A stretch of 64,000 nucleotides of DNA from SAR86 cluster bacterium (GTDB taxonomy: Bacteria > Pseudomonadota > Gammaproteobacteria > Magnimaribacterales > Magnimaribacteraceae). Position numbers and translations under genes: made by a program. The notes beneath the pieces are model-generated. The model had not been told where the DNA came from and did not search any database. It saw only the letters and a list, made by a program, of their open reading frames with translations. Numbering within the stretch: the first letter of the stretch is position 1; each line of letters starts with the position of its first letter. The stretch is from contig CP097969.1 in the NCBI GenBank assembly GCA_023703575.1, forward strand, positions 651,517 through 715,516, given 5' to 3'. Below are positions 28,031 through 37,758 of the stretch, one piece after another.

Positions 28031-28898
28031 TTTTTGATTTCAGCCAGTTTATAAGATTCTCTTCAAATGGTTCGATAACTTTATATGTTTTCATATCTTG
28101 CTCAAGATTTTGAATTGCTTGAATTAGATCAGAAATAGCTTTTTTATTATTAATTATGTCAGTTATGGGGTTAACGTGAACTCTTACCGCGAATAAAACT
28201 GCTCTTGAATAATCTAACCGTCTGATCGTTTGCCTTTCAACTCTTAAGAAAAGCTTGTCTGGTTGTGTGTTTTTGATTTCTACTAAACTCTTATTACCTA
28301 CTGGTTGAAAAAGTTCAGGACTATCAAATATAGACCAATTATACCTTTCAAAGATTTTCTGATCAGGCAAGTTAGTAAATATGGTATTGACTCTTGAATC
28401 TATTTTATCTTTGTAACCAGGAACAGATCGATGAAGTTCTGAAAGAGATTGTTGAAATTTTTCTTTTAATGACCATCTAGTCGGCGCGCAAAGTGAAGCT
28501 GAATCAAGATAAAAGATATTTTCTTTTGGCTTCATGATGATCAGATCTTCTTGAATAAGAAGTGATGCCAATTCTAAAGGGTCTTGAAAATCATCATAAT
28601 AATAAAGACGATTATTCCTTTTGGATTCGATGGAATCCGTCTTTATTTTATAAGAATCATTATGATGATTCTTAAGATGCTCTAACACGAGATCTAAAGC
28701 CTCTTTTTGAGTATCTTGCGAATCATGAGAAGTTACTAAAACTTCTTCTTTTTTTTCTGAGTATAATTTTTCTTTTAGAGCAATTTCTTCCGAAAAAAGA
28801 TGATCTATTTCTAACCAAGAACTATCCTCGATCGGCCTTAAACCAATATCAACCCCACCTTTTCCATCCTTGAAGGGCAGGTGGACTAGGTTGTTCAA
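28023..28898 (-). CDS. DUF3445-family protein (heme-dependent oxidative N-demethylase-like)
   Basis: 291 aa. CAPTRWSLKEKF...LHRSVPGY and RVERQTIRRL match my memory of DUF3445 motifs. Overlaps the GH13 start by 8 nt. Confidence 0.55.
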   Translation of the reverse strand: MNNLVHLPFKDGKGGVDIGLRPIEDSSWLEIDHLFSEEIALKEKLYSEKKEEVLVTSHDSQDTQKEALDLVLEHLKNHHNDSYKIKTDSIESKRNNRLYYYDDFQDPLELASLLIQEDLIIMKPKENIFYLDSASLCAPTRWSLKEKFQQSLSELHRSVPGYKDKIDSRVNTIFTNLPDQKIFERYNWSIFDSPELFQPVGNKSLVEIKNTQPDKLFLRVERQTIRRLDYSRAVLFAVRVHVNPITDIINNKKAISDLIQAIQNLEQDMKTYKVIEPFEENLINWLKSKNE

Positions 28899-28900
28899 GA

Positions 28901-30991
28901 TTAATTCAATCCTCTTTTTTTCAGAAGTGGTTCTATTTCGGGCTCCTTGCCTCTGAATCTAACATACTGAGTCATTAGATCATCTGTGTTACCCGCTGAA
29001 TAGACATATTTTTTAAGTTTATCAGCAGTTTCTTTATCAAATAGTCCTTTGTCTTTAAAAGCTTCAAAAGCATCAGCTTCGAGTACCTCTGTCCATAAGT
29101 AACTGTAATATCCTGATGAATATCCGCCTGCGAATATGTGACCAAAATAAGTACTTCTATATCTCGTTTCAATTTCATCAATTAAACCTAGATCCTTTAA
29201 AGCCTGATCTTCAAATTTATCTATATCTGTGATTGTATTTTTATTTGTGTGGTAAGCCATGTCCAAATGAGCTGCAGCTACATATTCTGTTGTTGCGAAA
29301 CCTTCATTGAATGTTCCGGCATCGGATATCTTGTCTAGCAATTCATCAGAAATGACCTCGCCTGTTTGATAATGTTTTGCAAAAGTTTTGATTACTTCTG
29401 GTTCTCTTGCCCAGTTTTCCATCATTTGTGAAGGAAATTCGACATAGTCTCTGGTTACGGAAGTTCCGGATAGACTTGGATATTGAGCATTTGATAGAAG
29501 GCCGTGTAGCCCATGACCAAATTCATGAAACAAAGTCTCGACTTGTTCAAAGGATAGAAGGGAAACGCCATCAGCATTTTCTGGAGGAAAATTGCATACA
29601 TTAATAACAATGGGTATTACATCTCCGTCAAACTTACTTTGACTTCTAAAAGTACTCATCCATGCACCACCTCCTTTGTTCGGCCTCAATGTAAAGTCTG
29701 TATAAAAAATACCTATCACTTTATTATCAGAGTCCTCCACAACAAAAGAACGAATATTTTCACGGTATTTTGGCAAGTCATTTCTTTCACTAAAAGTTAT
29801 ACCAAACAATTTATTCGCAACATCAAAAGCACCCTCTAAGACCTTTTCTTCACTGAAGTATGGTTTGACCTCTTCCTCTTTAAAATCAAATTTCTCTTGT
29901 CTTAATTTTTCTGAGTAGTGCCACCAATCCCATGCTGCCAACTGAAAGTTAGCACCTTCCTCGGAAATTAACTCCTGCATTGCCTGAACTTCTCCCTTAG
30001 CTTTTTCGATACCAGGTTCCCAAACTGTTTGAAGAAGTTTGTTAACATTTTCGGGAGTCTTTGCCATGCTATTATCTAAGACATAGTCAGAATGACTGTC
30101 AAAACCGAGCATTGAAGCTTTTTCTTGCCTAAGCGCAATCATTTCAGCAATTATTTTTTTATTATCAAATTCGTTGTCATTATCTCCACGTTGTATATAA
30201 GAATTGTAAAGCTCTTCTCTAAGGTCTCTTTTGGTAGAGTATGTAAGGAAAGGGTACATGCTGACTCGAGTTGGTTTGAATACCCATTTACCTATTTCTC
30301 CTTCAGATTCAGCTAAAAGAGCAGCCTGTCTTATCTCTTCATCAGGTAGGCCATCAAGATCGTCTTCATTATCAATAACCATGCTATAAGAATTTGTTTC
30401 TTTAAGAACATTTTGATCGAATTGAACTGATAAAGAAGATAAAGAACTATTAATTTCAGTTAACCTATCCATTGAATTTTGATCAAGATTTGCCCCTGAT
30501 CTTATGAATCTTTTATAAGTCTCTGCAACTAATCTAGCTTGCTCTACTGACAGACTAAGCGATTGCTTGTTTTCATAAATTTCCTTAATCCTCATGAAGA
30601 GTTTTTTATTTAAAAGAATTGAATCATTATGTGAAGATAATTTTGGACTTACTGTCCTCTGAAGAGAATCCATATCATCATCTGTATTAGATCCCTGAAG
30701 ATTAAAAAAGACACTACTCACTTTGTCCAATGTTTTACCTGAACGTTCTAAAGCTTCTATGGTATTTTCAAACGTAGGTGCCTCAGTATTATTAGCAATA
30801 ACATCTATTTCCTCTAGGTGCTCTTTCATCCCTTGAATGAAGGCGGGTTCGTAGTGAGAAAATTTAATTGCCTCAAAAGGAGGAATTTGAAAGGGGGTCT
30901 GGTATTCGTTTAGAAAGGGGTTCATAGAATTATCCTCATATGTACAACTAAAAATTAAAAGCAAAAGAAAAGGAACGTGCTTCTTTAACAT
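28901..30991 (-). CDS. dcp: M3-family zinc peptidase, peptidyl-dipeptidase Dcp-like, probable lipoprotein
   Basis: 696 aa. HEFGHGLH zinc motif with a downstream E, and lipobox-like LLLIFSC at the N-terminus. Confidence 0.8.
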   Translation of the reverse strand: MLKKHVPFLLLLIFSCTYEDNSMNPFLNEYQTPFQIPPFEAIKFSHYEPAFIQGMKEHLEEIDVIANNTEAPTFENTIEALERSGKTLDKVSSVFFNLQGSNTDDDMDSLQRTVSPKLSSHNDSILLNKKLFMRIKEIYENKQSLSLSVEQARLVAETYKRFIRSGANLDQNSMDRLTEINSSLSSLSVQFDQNVLKETNSYSMVIDNEDDLDGLPDEEIRQAALLAESEGEIGKWVFKPTRVSMYPFLTYSTKRDLREELYNSYIQRGDNDNEFDNKKIIAEMIALRQEKASMLGFDSHSDYVLDNSMAKTPENVNKLLQTVWEPGIEKAKGEVQAMQELISEEGANFQLAAWDWWHYSEKLRQEKFDFKEEEVKPYFSEEKVLEGAFDVANKLFGITFSERNDLPKYRENIRSFVVEDSDNKVIGIFYTDFTLRPNKGGGAWMSTFRSQSKFDGDVIPIVINVCNFPPENADGVSLLSFEQVETLFHEFGHGLHGLLSNAQYPSLSGTSVTRDYVEFPSQMMENWAREPEVIKTFAKHYQTGEVISDELLDKISDAGTFNEGFATTEYVAAAHLDMAYHTNKNTITDIDKFEDQALKDLGLIDEIETRYRSTYFGHIFAGGYSSGYYSYLWTEVLEADAFEAFKDKGLFDKETADKLKKYVYSAGNTDDLMTQYVRFRGKEPEIEPLLKKRGLN

Positions 30992-31049
30992 GAGGTAATA
31001 TTACTTAAATATCTTTTATTGTGAATAAATATTTTAGGGTATAAGAATT

Positions 31050-31328
31050 ATGAAAAATCCTGCTTTTATTTTTTCTTTATTGAAACGTTTTGTAGGAATA
31101 ATATTTTTAATTCTTAATTATCTTTGCTACGGGTTAATGGTAAAACTTGCAGCAGACTCTAGCTTGTCAGCATTTGAAAGAATAATCTATCCATCTCTAG
31201 TATATTTAATTAGCTGGATATTTGTCATTCTAGGTATTTATTTGGCTGGACCTGAGCTTGTTGCGAAGATCAAAGAGTTTTTTATATACATTAAAAATAA
31301 ATTCTTGAGGAAAAAAAATGATAGATAG
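31050..31328 (+). CDS. Small membrane protein (2-3 helices)
   Basis: 92 aa, hydrophobic. Overlaps the next gene by 11 nt. Confidence 0.4.
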   Translation: MKNPAFIFSLLKRFVGIIFLILNYLCYGLMVKLAADSSLSAFERIIYPSLVYLISWIFVILGIYLAGPELVAKIKEFFIYIKNKFLRKKNDR

Positions 31329-32163
31329 ACTCGACCACTTAATAGTCTCTGTTAAAGACATTTCTGCTGCTGAAGAAAATTTTACTAAGTTTTTTGGAAT
31401 AGAACCTGTTTGGAGGGGCGTACACTCTGAACTAGGAACTATAAATGCTATCTATAATTTTAGTAACACTTACTTCGAGATCTTAGCGGCAAAAGGAGAG
31501 GGAATTGGTGCAGAACTTGTAAAACAATCCATACAAGAAAAGGGTGAAGGATTAACCGGTCTAGTTCTGGGCAGCGATAATCTGCAAGATTGCGAAAATC
31601 AAATCTCAAAAAAACATTTTAAATCTACACCTATCTCAATTGGAGAAGGAATGGATTCTGATAGAGGTGATATAAGAAGATGGAAAAGTTTGTTTCTTCC
31701 AAATGAGCTGACACGCGGTATGTTTGTCTTTTTAATAGAACACACCGAAGGACATTTACCCTTACCTAATAAATTTCCAGATTCTTCCGTAAATAAGCTT
31801 GATCATGTTGTTATCAACACAAATGACCCTGATGGATTTATCGAGGTCTATCAAGACATATATGGAATAAGACTTGCATTGGATCAGACCGTAGAAAAAT
31901 GGGGCGGTAGAATGCTCTTTTTTAGACTCAATAAAACTACTATAGAAGTCATAGCAAAAAAGGATGAAAATAAAATAGAAGATAAATTATGGGGTCTTGC
32001 ATGGGATGTGGAAGATATCAGAAAAACTCATTCAAGACTTTGTAATGAAGGATTTGAAATAACCCCCGTAAAAGAGGGTAGAAAGCCCAATACACTTGTT
32101 GCTACTGTAAAGTCAGATGTCTACAACATACCAACTTTAATTATCCAACATCTCTCCTCTTAA
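31318..32163 (+). CDS. Two-module VOC (glyoxalase/bleomycin-resistance/dioxygenase) family protein
   Basis: 281 aa. Two modules start with IDRLDHLIVSV and NKLDHVVINT. Confidence 0.6.
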   Translation: MIDRLDHLIVSVKDISAAEENFTKFFGIEPVWRGVHSELGTINAIYNFSNTYFEILAAKGEGIGAELVKQSIQEKGEGLTGLVLGSDNLQDCENQISKKHFKSTPISIGEGMDSDRGDIRRWKSLFLPNELTRGMFVFLIEHTEGHLPLPNKFPDSSVNKLDHVVINTNDPDGFIEVYQDIYGIRLALDQTVEKWGGRMLFFRLNKTTIEVIAKKDENKIEDKLWGLAWDVEDIRKTHSRLCNEGFEITPVKEGRKPNTLVATVKSDVYNIPTLIIQHLSS

Positions 32164-32851
32164 ATTTATCGTATATCCAATAGGGTGAGTAAATTATAAA
32201 GAATAAAACTGCTCCAATAATAATCAACAGAGGTATATGCAAAGGTGGTTCTGGAAAAAAGTCTAGAATACTCTCACCAATTGGTTTTGTGCCGAGATAC
32301 CAATAATTTGCTGGAGGTCCTAAAAGCATATTTACTACATATATGATCGGTAGAATCGATAAAGACACATAAATCCCATTTTTAACAGAACTAAGAGTAG
32401 GTCGATTTTTTAAAGCTATGCAGGCATAGGCTATTGCAATTATTAAAAGCCCATGGCCTATAAAAAATAAGATAAATTGTGGGTCTGGAAAAGTTTTAGG
32501 AATATCAGGGGTGATTAATGCGTTAATTCCTCCTCCGATCCCCCAGAAAAAAGATACCTCAAAAAATATTCTTTTTTCCGTGAGTAAAAATATCCCAATA
32601 AACAATGTAGATAAATTGCACATATGAATAGGTATCAGTTTGATCCAGGGAAAATCCAACCCGTAGTGCCAAATAAATGGTTTAATTAACTCCAACGTAA
32701 TAGCAGAGACTCCCAAGACCTTGGCAATTAATACTTTATTAACTAGATCGCTATTTTTTAAAAAAAAAGGAAGCAATAACGCCACAGCAAATATCAATAG
32801 TAATGTAACTAAGTGAGACTCCCCAAAGATCTCAAAAGGTTGCGCATTCAT
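32141..32851 (-). CDS. Integral membrane protein (possibly TIGR02206/YwaF-like)
   Basis: 236 aa with about 7 helices. N-terminus F..FG..H. The 3' end overlaps the convergent VOC gene by 23 nt. Family assignment is weak. Confidence 0.5.
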   Translation of the reverse strand: MNAQPFEIFGESHLVTLLLIFAVALLLPFFLKNSDLVNKVLIAKVLGVSAITLELIKPFIWHYGLDFPWIKLIPIHMCNLSTLFIGIFLLTEKRIFFEVSFFWGIGGGINALITPDIPKTFPDPQFILFFIGHGLLIIAIAYACIALKNRPTLSSVKNGIYVSLSILPIIYVVNMLLGPPANYWYLGTKPIGESILDFFPEPPLHIPLLIIIGAVLFFIIYSPYWIYDKFKRRDVG

Positions 32852-32915
32852 TTATTCAGTATAAAAATAAATTTACTTGTATGGTAGTTAAGAATTTCAA
32901 CAATATAATGACAAT

Positions 32916-34187
32916 ATGGAAAAAAATTTAGTTAGTTTTTTGCCAACAATAGAAAAAAACGAAAAGATAATTCTGTTAAGAGCTTTCTTATTTTTCTTTT
33001 TCGTTTTAGCTTCTTGGTATGCATTGAGACCTGTAAGAAACGAACTAGCTGTTCAAGGAGGAATTTATAATCTACCCTGGCTATTGATGGGAGTTATGCT
33101 GGCTATGCTCATTATCAATCCCATTTATTCATGGTTGGTTTCTCGTATAAATCAAAATCGTTTAATTCTCTATATCTACTCTTTCTTCATTCTGAATTTA
33201 ATCCTATTTTTAATATTATGGACATTTGCAGGAGAAGACGGTCGTATTTGGACAGGTAGAGCTTTCTATATCTGGGCAAATGTATACTCATTTTTCGTTG
33301 TATCTATTTTTTGGGTAACTATGATTAATTTCTTTTCGCTTACAGACGCAAAAAAATTCTTCGGTATTATCAGCGCAGGAGGTTCATTAGGTGCTTTTTT
33401 TGGATCTACTGTTGCAAGATATTTTTCAACTGAAATTTGTGGCAATACCTCTATTTCTGATTTAGGGCCTATGAGCTTGATAGTTTTTTCCATTTTTTCA
33501 CTTCTTTTCGCTATTTTTTTTTCTAGGACATTCAAGCCTAGAGCATTAGATATGGACAATTCTCCAAAAGAGTTAGGTGGTTCTAGCTTTGAAGCAATTC
33601 AAAATATTATCAAAGATCCCGCCATAAGGAATATAGGTCTTTATGTCATATTATTCACTATGTTAATGACAACCTCTTGGATGATTTCTTTAGGAATTGT
33701 TGAGGAATGGTCAAAAGATCCATGTGAAAGGACTGGTTTTTTTGCAAGAATAGAGCAAATTGTTACTCCTTTAACTCTTTTAATGCAGCTCTTCCTTGCT
33801 TCCTATATCTTACGAAGAGTAGGTTCCTTAGCTGTGCTATCTATTTACGGTGTCTTGTTTGCCATTGCTTTCATGGCTTATGCTTTTTATCCAACCATTA
33901 CAACTGTGATGATGGTTGTGATAAGTCTGAGAATATTTGAATATGGACTAAATAAGCCTACTAGAGAGTCAATCTACACAAAGCTAAAACAACAAGATAG
34001 ATATAAATCAACGGTTTTCATAGATACGTTTCTTGCAAGATCTGGCGATGTCATTGGAGGATGGTTTGTAAGAGGTTTAGTTGGAACTGGAATAGCGGTG
34101 TTATCCGTCACATGGGCCGCATTACCTTTTGCATTATTTATCTCTTACATGGGTTTCCAAGTAAATAAGGCAGTTAATGATGAGTGA
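32916..34187 (+). CDS. MFS-type transporter of the TLC/Npt-like (nucleotide-exchanger-related) family
   Basis: 423 aa with about 12 helices. YALRPVRNELAV and FYIWANVYSFFVVSIFW...DAKKFFGIISAGGSLGAFFGS resemble the conserved TLC-family blocks. Confidence 0.55.
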   Translation: MEKNLVSFLPTIEKNEKIILLRAFLFFFFVLASWYALRPVRNELAVQGGIYNLPWLLMGVMLAMLIINPIYSWLVSRINQNRLILYIYSFFILNLILFLILWTFAGEDGRIWTGRAFYIWANVYSFFVVSIFWVTMINFFSLTDAKKFFGIISAGGSLGAFFGSTVARYFSTEICGNTSISDLGPMSLIVFSIFSLLFAIFFSRTFKPRALDMDNSPKELGGSSFEAIQNIIKDPAIRNIGLYVILFTMLMTTSWMISLGIVEEWSKDPCERTGFFARIEQIVTPLTLLMQLFLASYILRRVGSLAVLSIYGVLFAIAFMAYAFYPTITTVMMVVISLRIFEYGLNKPTRESIYTKLKQQDRYKSTVFIDTFLARSGDVIGGWFVRGLVGTGIAVLSVTWAALPFALFISYMGFQVNKAVNDE

Positions 34188-34503
34188 TGAATTTATTAAC
34201 GTCGCAGACATAACAGATATAGAAATTAATCAATCTCAATCTGTAGAATTAGAAGGAAAAGCTGTATTAATTTGTCATACAACCAAGGGAATATTTGCTG
34301 TAGAGGATAAATGCAGCCATGCAGATATTCCTCTTTGTGGAGGACAAATTATAGATAATTTCATAACTTGTCCTGTTCATGGGGCTGTATTTGATCTAAC
34401 TGATGGATCTGTACAGTCACCTCCAGCCTTCGAAGATCTAGAAACTTTTGAAGTAAAAATTGAGGGCACTTCTATTAGTGTTAAAAAAAGTATTTCAGAG
34501 TAA
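34177..34503 (+). CDS. Rieske [2Fe-2S] ferredoxin-type protein
   Basis: 108 aa with CSH...CPVHG ligands at the canonical spacing. Overlaps the transporter gene by 11 nt. Confidence 0.8.
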   Translation: MMSDEFINVADITDIEINQSQSVELEGKAVLICHTTKGIFAVEDKCSHADIPLCGGQIIDNFITCPVHGAVFDLTDGSVQSPPAFEDLETFEVKIEGTSISVKKSISE

Positions 34504-34513
34504 TATTAATTTT

Positions 34514-35344
34514 ATGGATTATGAATTTATTGACTGTATTGAAATCGAGCCCTCAATAAGGCGTATTTTCTTAAATAGGCCTAATAAAAGAAATGCTCTT
34601 TGCAACCCATTAAGAAAAGAACTTTTCAATTGTTTAGAGGCTTTAGATAATGACTCTAAAGTAAAAGTTATCATCATATCTGGCAAGGGGTCATGTTTCT
34701 GCGCAGGATACGACCTTTCATATGATAACAGCAAAGATTTACCATACCATGCCAGTAAGACAGATGGGTTTTGGCCACGCCATGTAGTTGAAGGAGCCTT
34801 TAAGATATGGGATCTTTCAACACCCGTCATTGCAGAAGTGCATGGCTACTGTTTGGCAGGAGGAACAGAACTCGCAGCTTCATGTGATCTTGTTTATTGC
34901 TCAGATGATGCTGAAATAGGGTATCCAGTAGTTCGATCAATGAGCCCTCCAGATAATCAATTCTTTCCTTGGTTGTTGGGCATGAGAAACGCAATGGAGA
35001 TGATGCTTACTGGAGAAACAATAACAGGAAAACAAGCAGCAGAAAATGGGTTTGCAAATAAGTCTTTCTCTGCTGACATTTTGTCAAAAGAGGTTGAAAA
35101 AATTGCAAGTAAAGTAGCAAAAGTGCCTTCGGACATACAGGCGATCAATAAAAGATCAATACATAGACAGATGGAGATTATGGGTATGAGAGATGGCATA
35201 AGGGTCGGTACAGAATTACAAGCTCTTGCTATGCACAGTAATTCCACTAAAGAACATCTCAAGGAGCTTTCATCAGGATTAAAAGAAGCATTGGATAAGA
35301 GAGACAAAGACTTTGGTGACTATAGGACAAAAAATAAAACATAA
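34514..35344 (+). CDS. Enoyl-CoA hydratase/isomerase (crotonase) family protein
   Basis: Start taken at MDYEFID (ATG 34514). Has RPNKRNAL, SGKGSCFCAGYDL and CLAGGTELA. Confidence 0.8.
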   Translation: MDYEFIDCIEIEPSIRRIFLNRPNKRNALCNPLRKELFNCLEALDNDSKVKVIIISGKGSCFCAGYDLSYDNSKDLPYHASKTDGFWPRHVVEGAFKIWDLSTPVIAEVHGYCLAGGTELAASCDLVYCSDDAEIGYPVVRSMSPPDNQFFPWLLGMRNAMEMMLTGETITGKQAAENGFANKSFSADILSKEVEKIASKVAKVPSDIQAINKRSIHRQMEIMGMRDGIRVGTELQALAMHSNSTKEHLKELSSGLKEALDKRDKDFGDYRTKNKT

Positions 35345-35681
35345 AATTCTGATAATTTTTGTGTGTATCATTTTAGGTTCCTGCTCTAATTCAACTCAAC
35401 CAAATGGTGTTGAATGGAGTGGCCCACTTAATTTCATGCATGTTACAAAAGAAAAAATGGAAATGATTTATTCGGTTGATGTCACAGGACAAAAAGTTTT
35501 TCTGGATGGTTTCTACGAAGTCACTAAAAAAAATACTGATAAAGTCTTATTCCGTTTAAAAGTTGAAGAATTAGAGCTCGGAAATAGAGAGGACGGAAGA
35601 AGCTTTTGTAGAGTATGGGGTGAGATCGATGAAAGCCATATCCAAAGTTACTTGTTCGCTTTAGATTGTAAGCCAATCTAA
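35313..35681 (+). CDS. Small lipoprotein, unknown function
   Basis: Lipobox ILGSC after a hydrophobic stretch. TTG/GTG start (35313/35316) overlaps the upstream gene. Confidence 0.5.
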   Translation: MVTIGQKIKHKILIIFVCIILGSCSNSTQPNGVEWSGPLNFMHVTKEKMEMIYSVDVTGQKVFLDGFYEVTKKNTDKVLFRLKVEELELGNREDGRSFCRVWGEIDESHIQSYLFALDCKPI

Positions 35682-35684
35682 TAG

Positions 35685-36218
35685 ATGAAATCTGATTTTT
35701 TAAAGTCCCAAAAAATAATTCATTGGATAATGGCTATCATTATTATGCTGGATCTTAATATCGCACAAAAATTTGGAGGAGAGATGGATATCTTGGATAG
35801 GCTGGAATCAAGGATTGATCACACTAGTGTCGGACTATTCATAACATTTCTTTTTTTATTGAGAGTCTTCTTAAGATATAAATATGGATCTCCGGGTTAT
35901 CCCGACTCCATGCCTAGATGGCAAGTAATCTCAGCTAAAGTTGGTCATTACGGACTTTACTTCTTGATGGGTGGATTGATTGTTACCGGTTTGTTGACAG
36001 CAAGGTATGCAACTGACCCGATTCTTGCTTTTAATACGCTAAATCTAACAATGGGCAATGGGGATTTACAAATTTATAACGTAATTAGATTTTTTCATGA
36101 GGTTTTTACAAATTTAATAATAGCCTTTATCGCTATTCATATTTTTGCTTCTATGTATCATCATTTCATTGCAAAAGATTTAACAACTTTAAATATGATT
36201 AAATTTTGGAAGAATTGA
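35685..36218 (+). CDS. Cytochrome b561 family membrane protein
   Basis: 177 aa with 4 helices carrying conserved His residues (IHWIMA, HTSVG, HYGLY, HIFASMYHH). Confidence 0.7.
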   Translation: MKSDFLKSQKIIHWIMAIIIMLDLNIAQKFGGEMDILDRLESRIDHTSVGLFITFLFLLRVFLRYKYGSPGYPDSMPRWQVISAKVGHYGLYFLMGGLIVTGLLTARYATDPILAFNTLNLTMGNGDLQIYNVIRFFHEVFTNLIIAFIAIHIFASMYHHFIAKDLTTLNMIKFWKN

Positions 36219-36243
36219 TTTAACCCCAACTAAATTTAGCCCA

Positions 36244-37758
36244 TTAATTCATTATTCTCATTTTTAAGTCGTTGATAAGCATATCAATAGAAATATTTGA
36301 ATTTGTAGATCCAAAAATATATCTATCAGGTCTAACTAGGAAGGCTGTATCCTTTTCCATAAAAGATTTCATCCAAGGATTTTTCTCAATATATTTCTTT
36401 TCAAGAATGACTAACTTACATTCTATTAAATCAAGAAATTCACATTGATCTTCAGAGATTTCCAAAGGAGATTTTGATATCAAAGAAAAGTTTTTCCCTA
36501 AAATATGATCCATTCTCTTTACAACTTCTTTATTGTAATACTCTACGGGTTGGGGAAAAATCTCTCCAGCATTCATTGACTGATCAGCCTTTCCACCAAA
36601 AAAAAGACCCTTCGTAAGATTAGGTAATATAAAAGATCCATAACCCTTCTGAACTAAATCCTGTGATACCTCCTCTGGAGTTTCTGCCTCAGCATAAGCT
36701 TCCATTAATTCTCCAATACCCGCAGAATTTTTCACAACAAATCTAGAATGCGGAATTCTCTCTATCTCGAAGCTATCGACTAAATTTGTATTTAACTTAT
36801 TTTTAATTGATACCGCGATTTTCCAGGATAAGTTCACTGCATCTCTATAACCAGACATCATACCTTCTCCCATAAATGGAGGAGCTTGATGCGCGGCATC
36901 GCCTATTAAAAAGCAGTTACCTTTCTGAAAATTTTTAGCAATTACCGAATGGAACTGGTAAACAGCCTTTCTTATGATTTTATATTCTTCTGGCTGCAAC
37001 CATTTAGCTATCAGCTCGTGAATGGTTTTGTCATCTAAGAAGCTTTCCTTATCTTCATGCTCATGAATAATGAATTCCCATCTTCGAAAAGGTAAGTGAG
37101 AAGGAACAAAAGTTGCAAGCCTTTCTTTGTCACAAACTTGTATTAACTTATCACCAAGTTTATCAGGCTCATTTAGTTCAACATCAATAACAATCCAATC
37201 ACGATTATAATTTAAGTCCTCTTGAGAGATGCCTAGCTGTTTTCTTACAACACTTGATCCTCCATCAGAGCCTATTAAATATCTAGAAGTAAAATCTTTC
37301 TCTTCTTGATTATTTAAATTGATAGTTTTAAAACTTACAGATTCTTGATTTTGATCAAGACTTATGAATTCATGTTCTAACATAATTTCAACATTAGAAT
37401 TTTCTAATTTTTTTCTTATATCACGATCTGTGTAGGGCTGATGAAATAGGCTTGATGCCGGCCAACCATTTGCTGATACAAAACCTTTTAAATCAATAGA
37501 ACCACCAATAATTTCCAAATTCTTGTCAGAAAAGTAAGCACCTCCAAGAATAGTGCTATTTTTAAGGTAAATGTCCTCAATTCCAGCTAATTGCGACATT
37601 CTAAAACCTTGATCGCTTACAGTTACTGCTCTCGGAAGATTGTAAATATCTTTTTCTTTATCGATGCACAGGACTCTCATACCGTATGATTCTAAGAGAA
37701 GTGCGGCCATACTTCCGGCAGGTCCTATACCTATTATGGCTACATCAAAATGATTCAC
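36244..37758 (-). CDS. FAD-dependent aromatic-ring monooxygenase (MhpA/PheA/TfdB/PcpB class)
   Basis: 504 aa. N-terminal DVAIIGIGPAGS dinucleotide fold, GSDGGSS and GDAAH motifs, and a thioredoxin-like C-terminal extension typical of this class. GTG start. Confidence 0.8.
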   Translation of the reverse strand: MNHFDVAIIGIGPAGSMAALLLESYGMRVLCIDKEKDIYNLPRAVTVSDQGFRMSQLAGIEDIYLKNSTILGGAYFSDKNLEIIGGSIDLKGFVSANGWPASSLFHQPYTDRDIRKKLENSNVEIMLEHEFISLDQNQESVSFKTINLNNQEEKDFTSRYLIGSDGGSSVVRKQLGISQEDLNYNRDWIVIDVELNEPDKLGDKLIQVCDKERLATFVPSHLPFRRWEFIIHEHEDKESFLDDKTIHELIAKWLQPEEYKIIRKAVYQFHSVIAKNFQKGNCFLIGDAAHQAPPFMGEGMMSGYRDAVNLSWKIAVSIKNKLNTNLVDSFEIERIPHSRFVVKNSAGIGELMEAYAEAETPEEVSQDLVQKGYGSFILPNLTKGLFFGGKADQSMNAGEIFPQPVEYYNKEVVKRMDHILGKNFSLISKSPLEISEDQCEFLDLIECKLVILEKKYIEKNPWMKSFMEKDTAFLVRPDRYIFGSTNSNISIDMLINDLKMRIMN

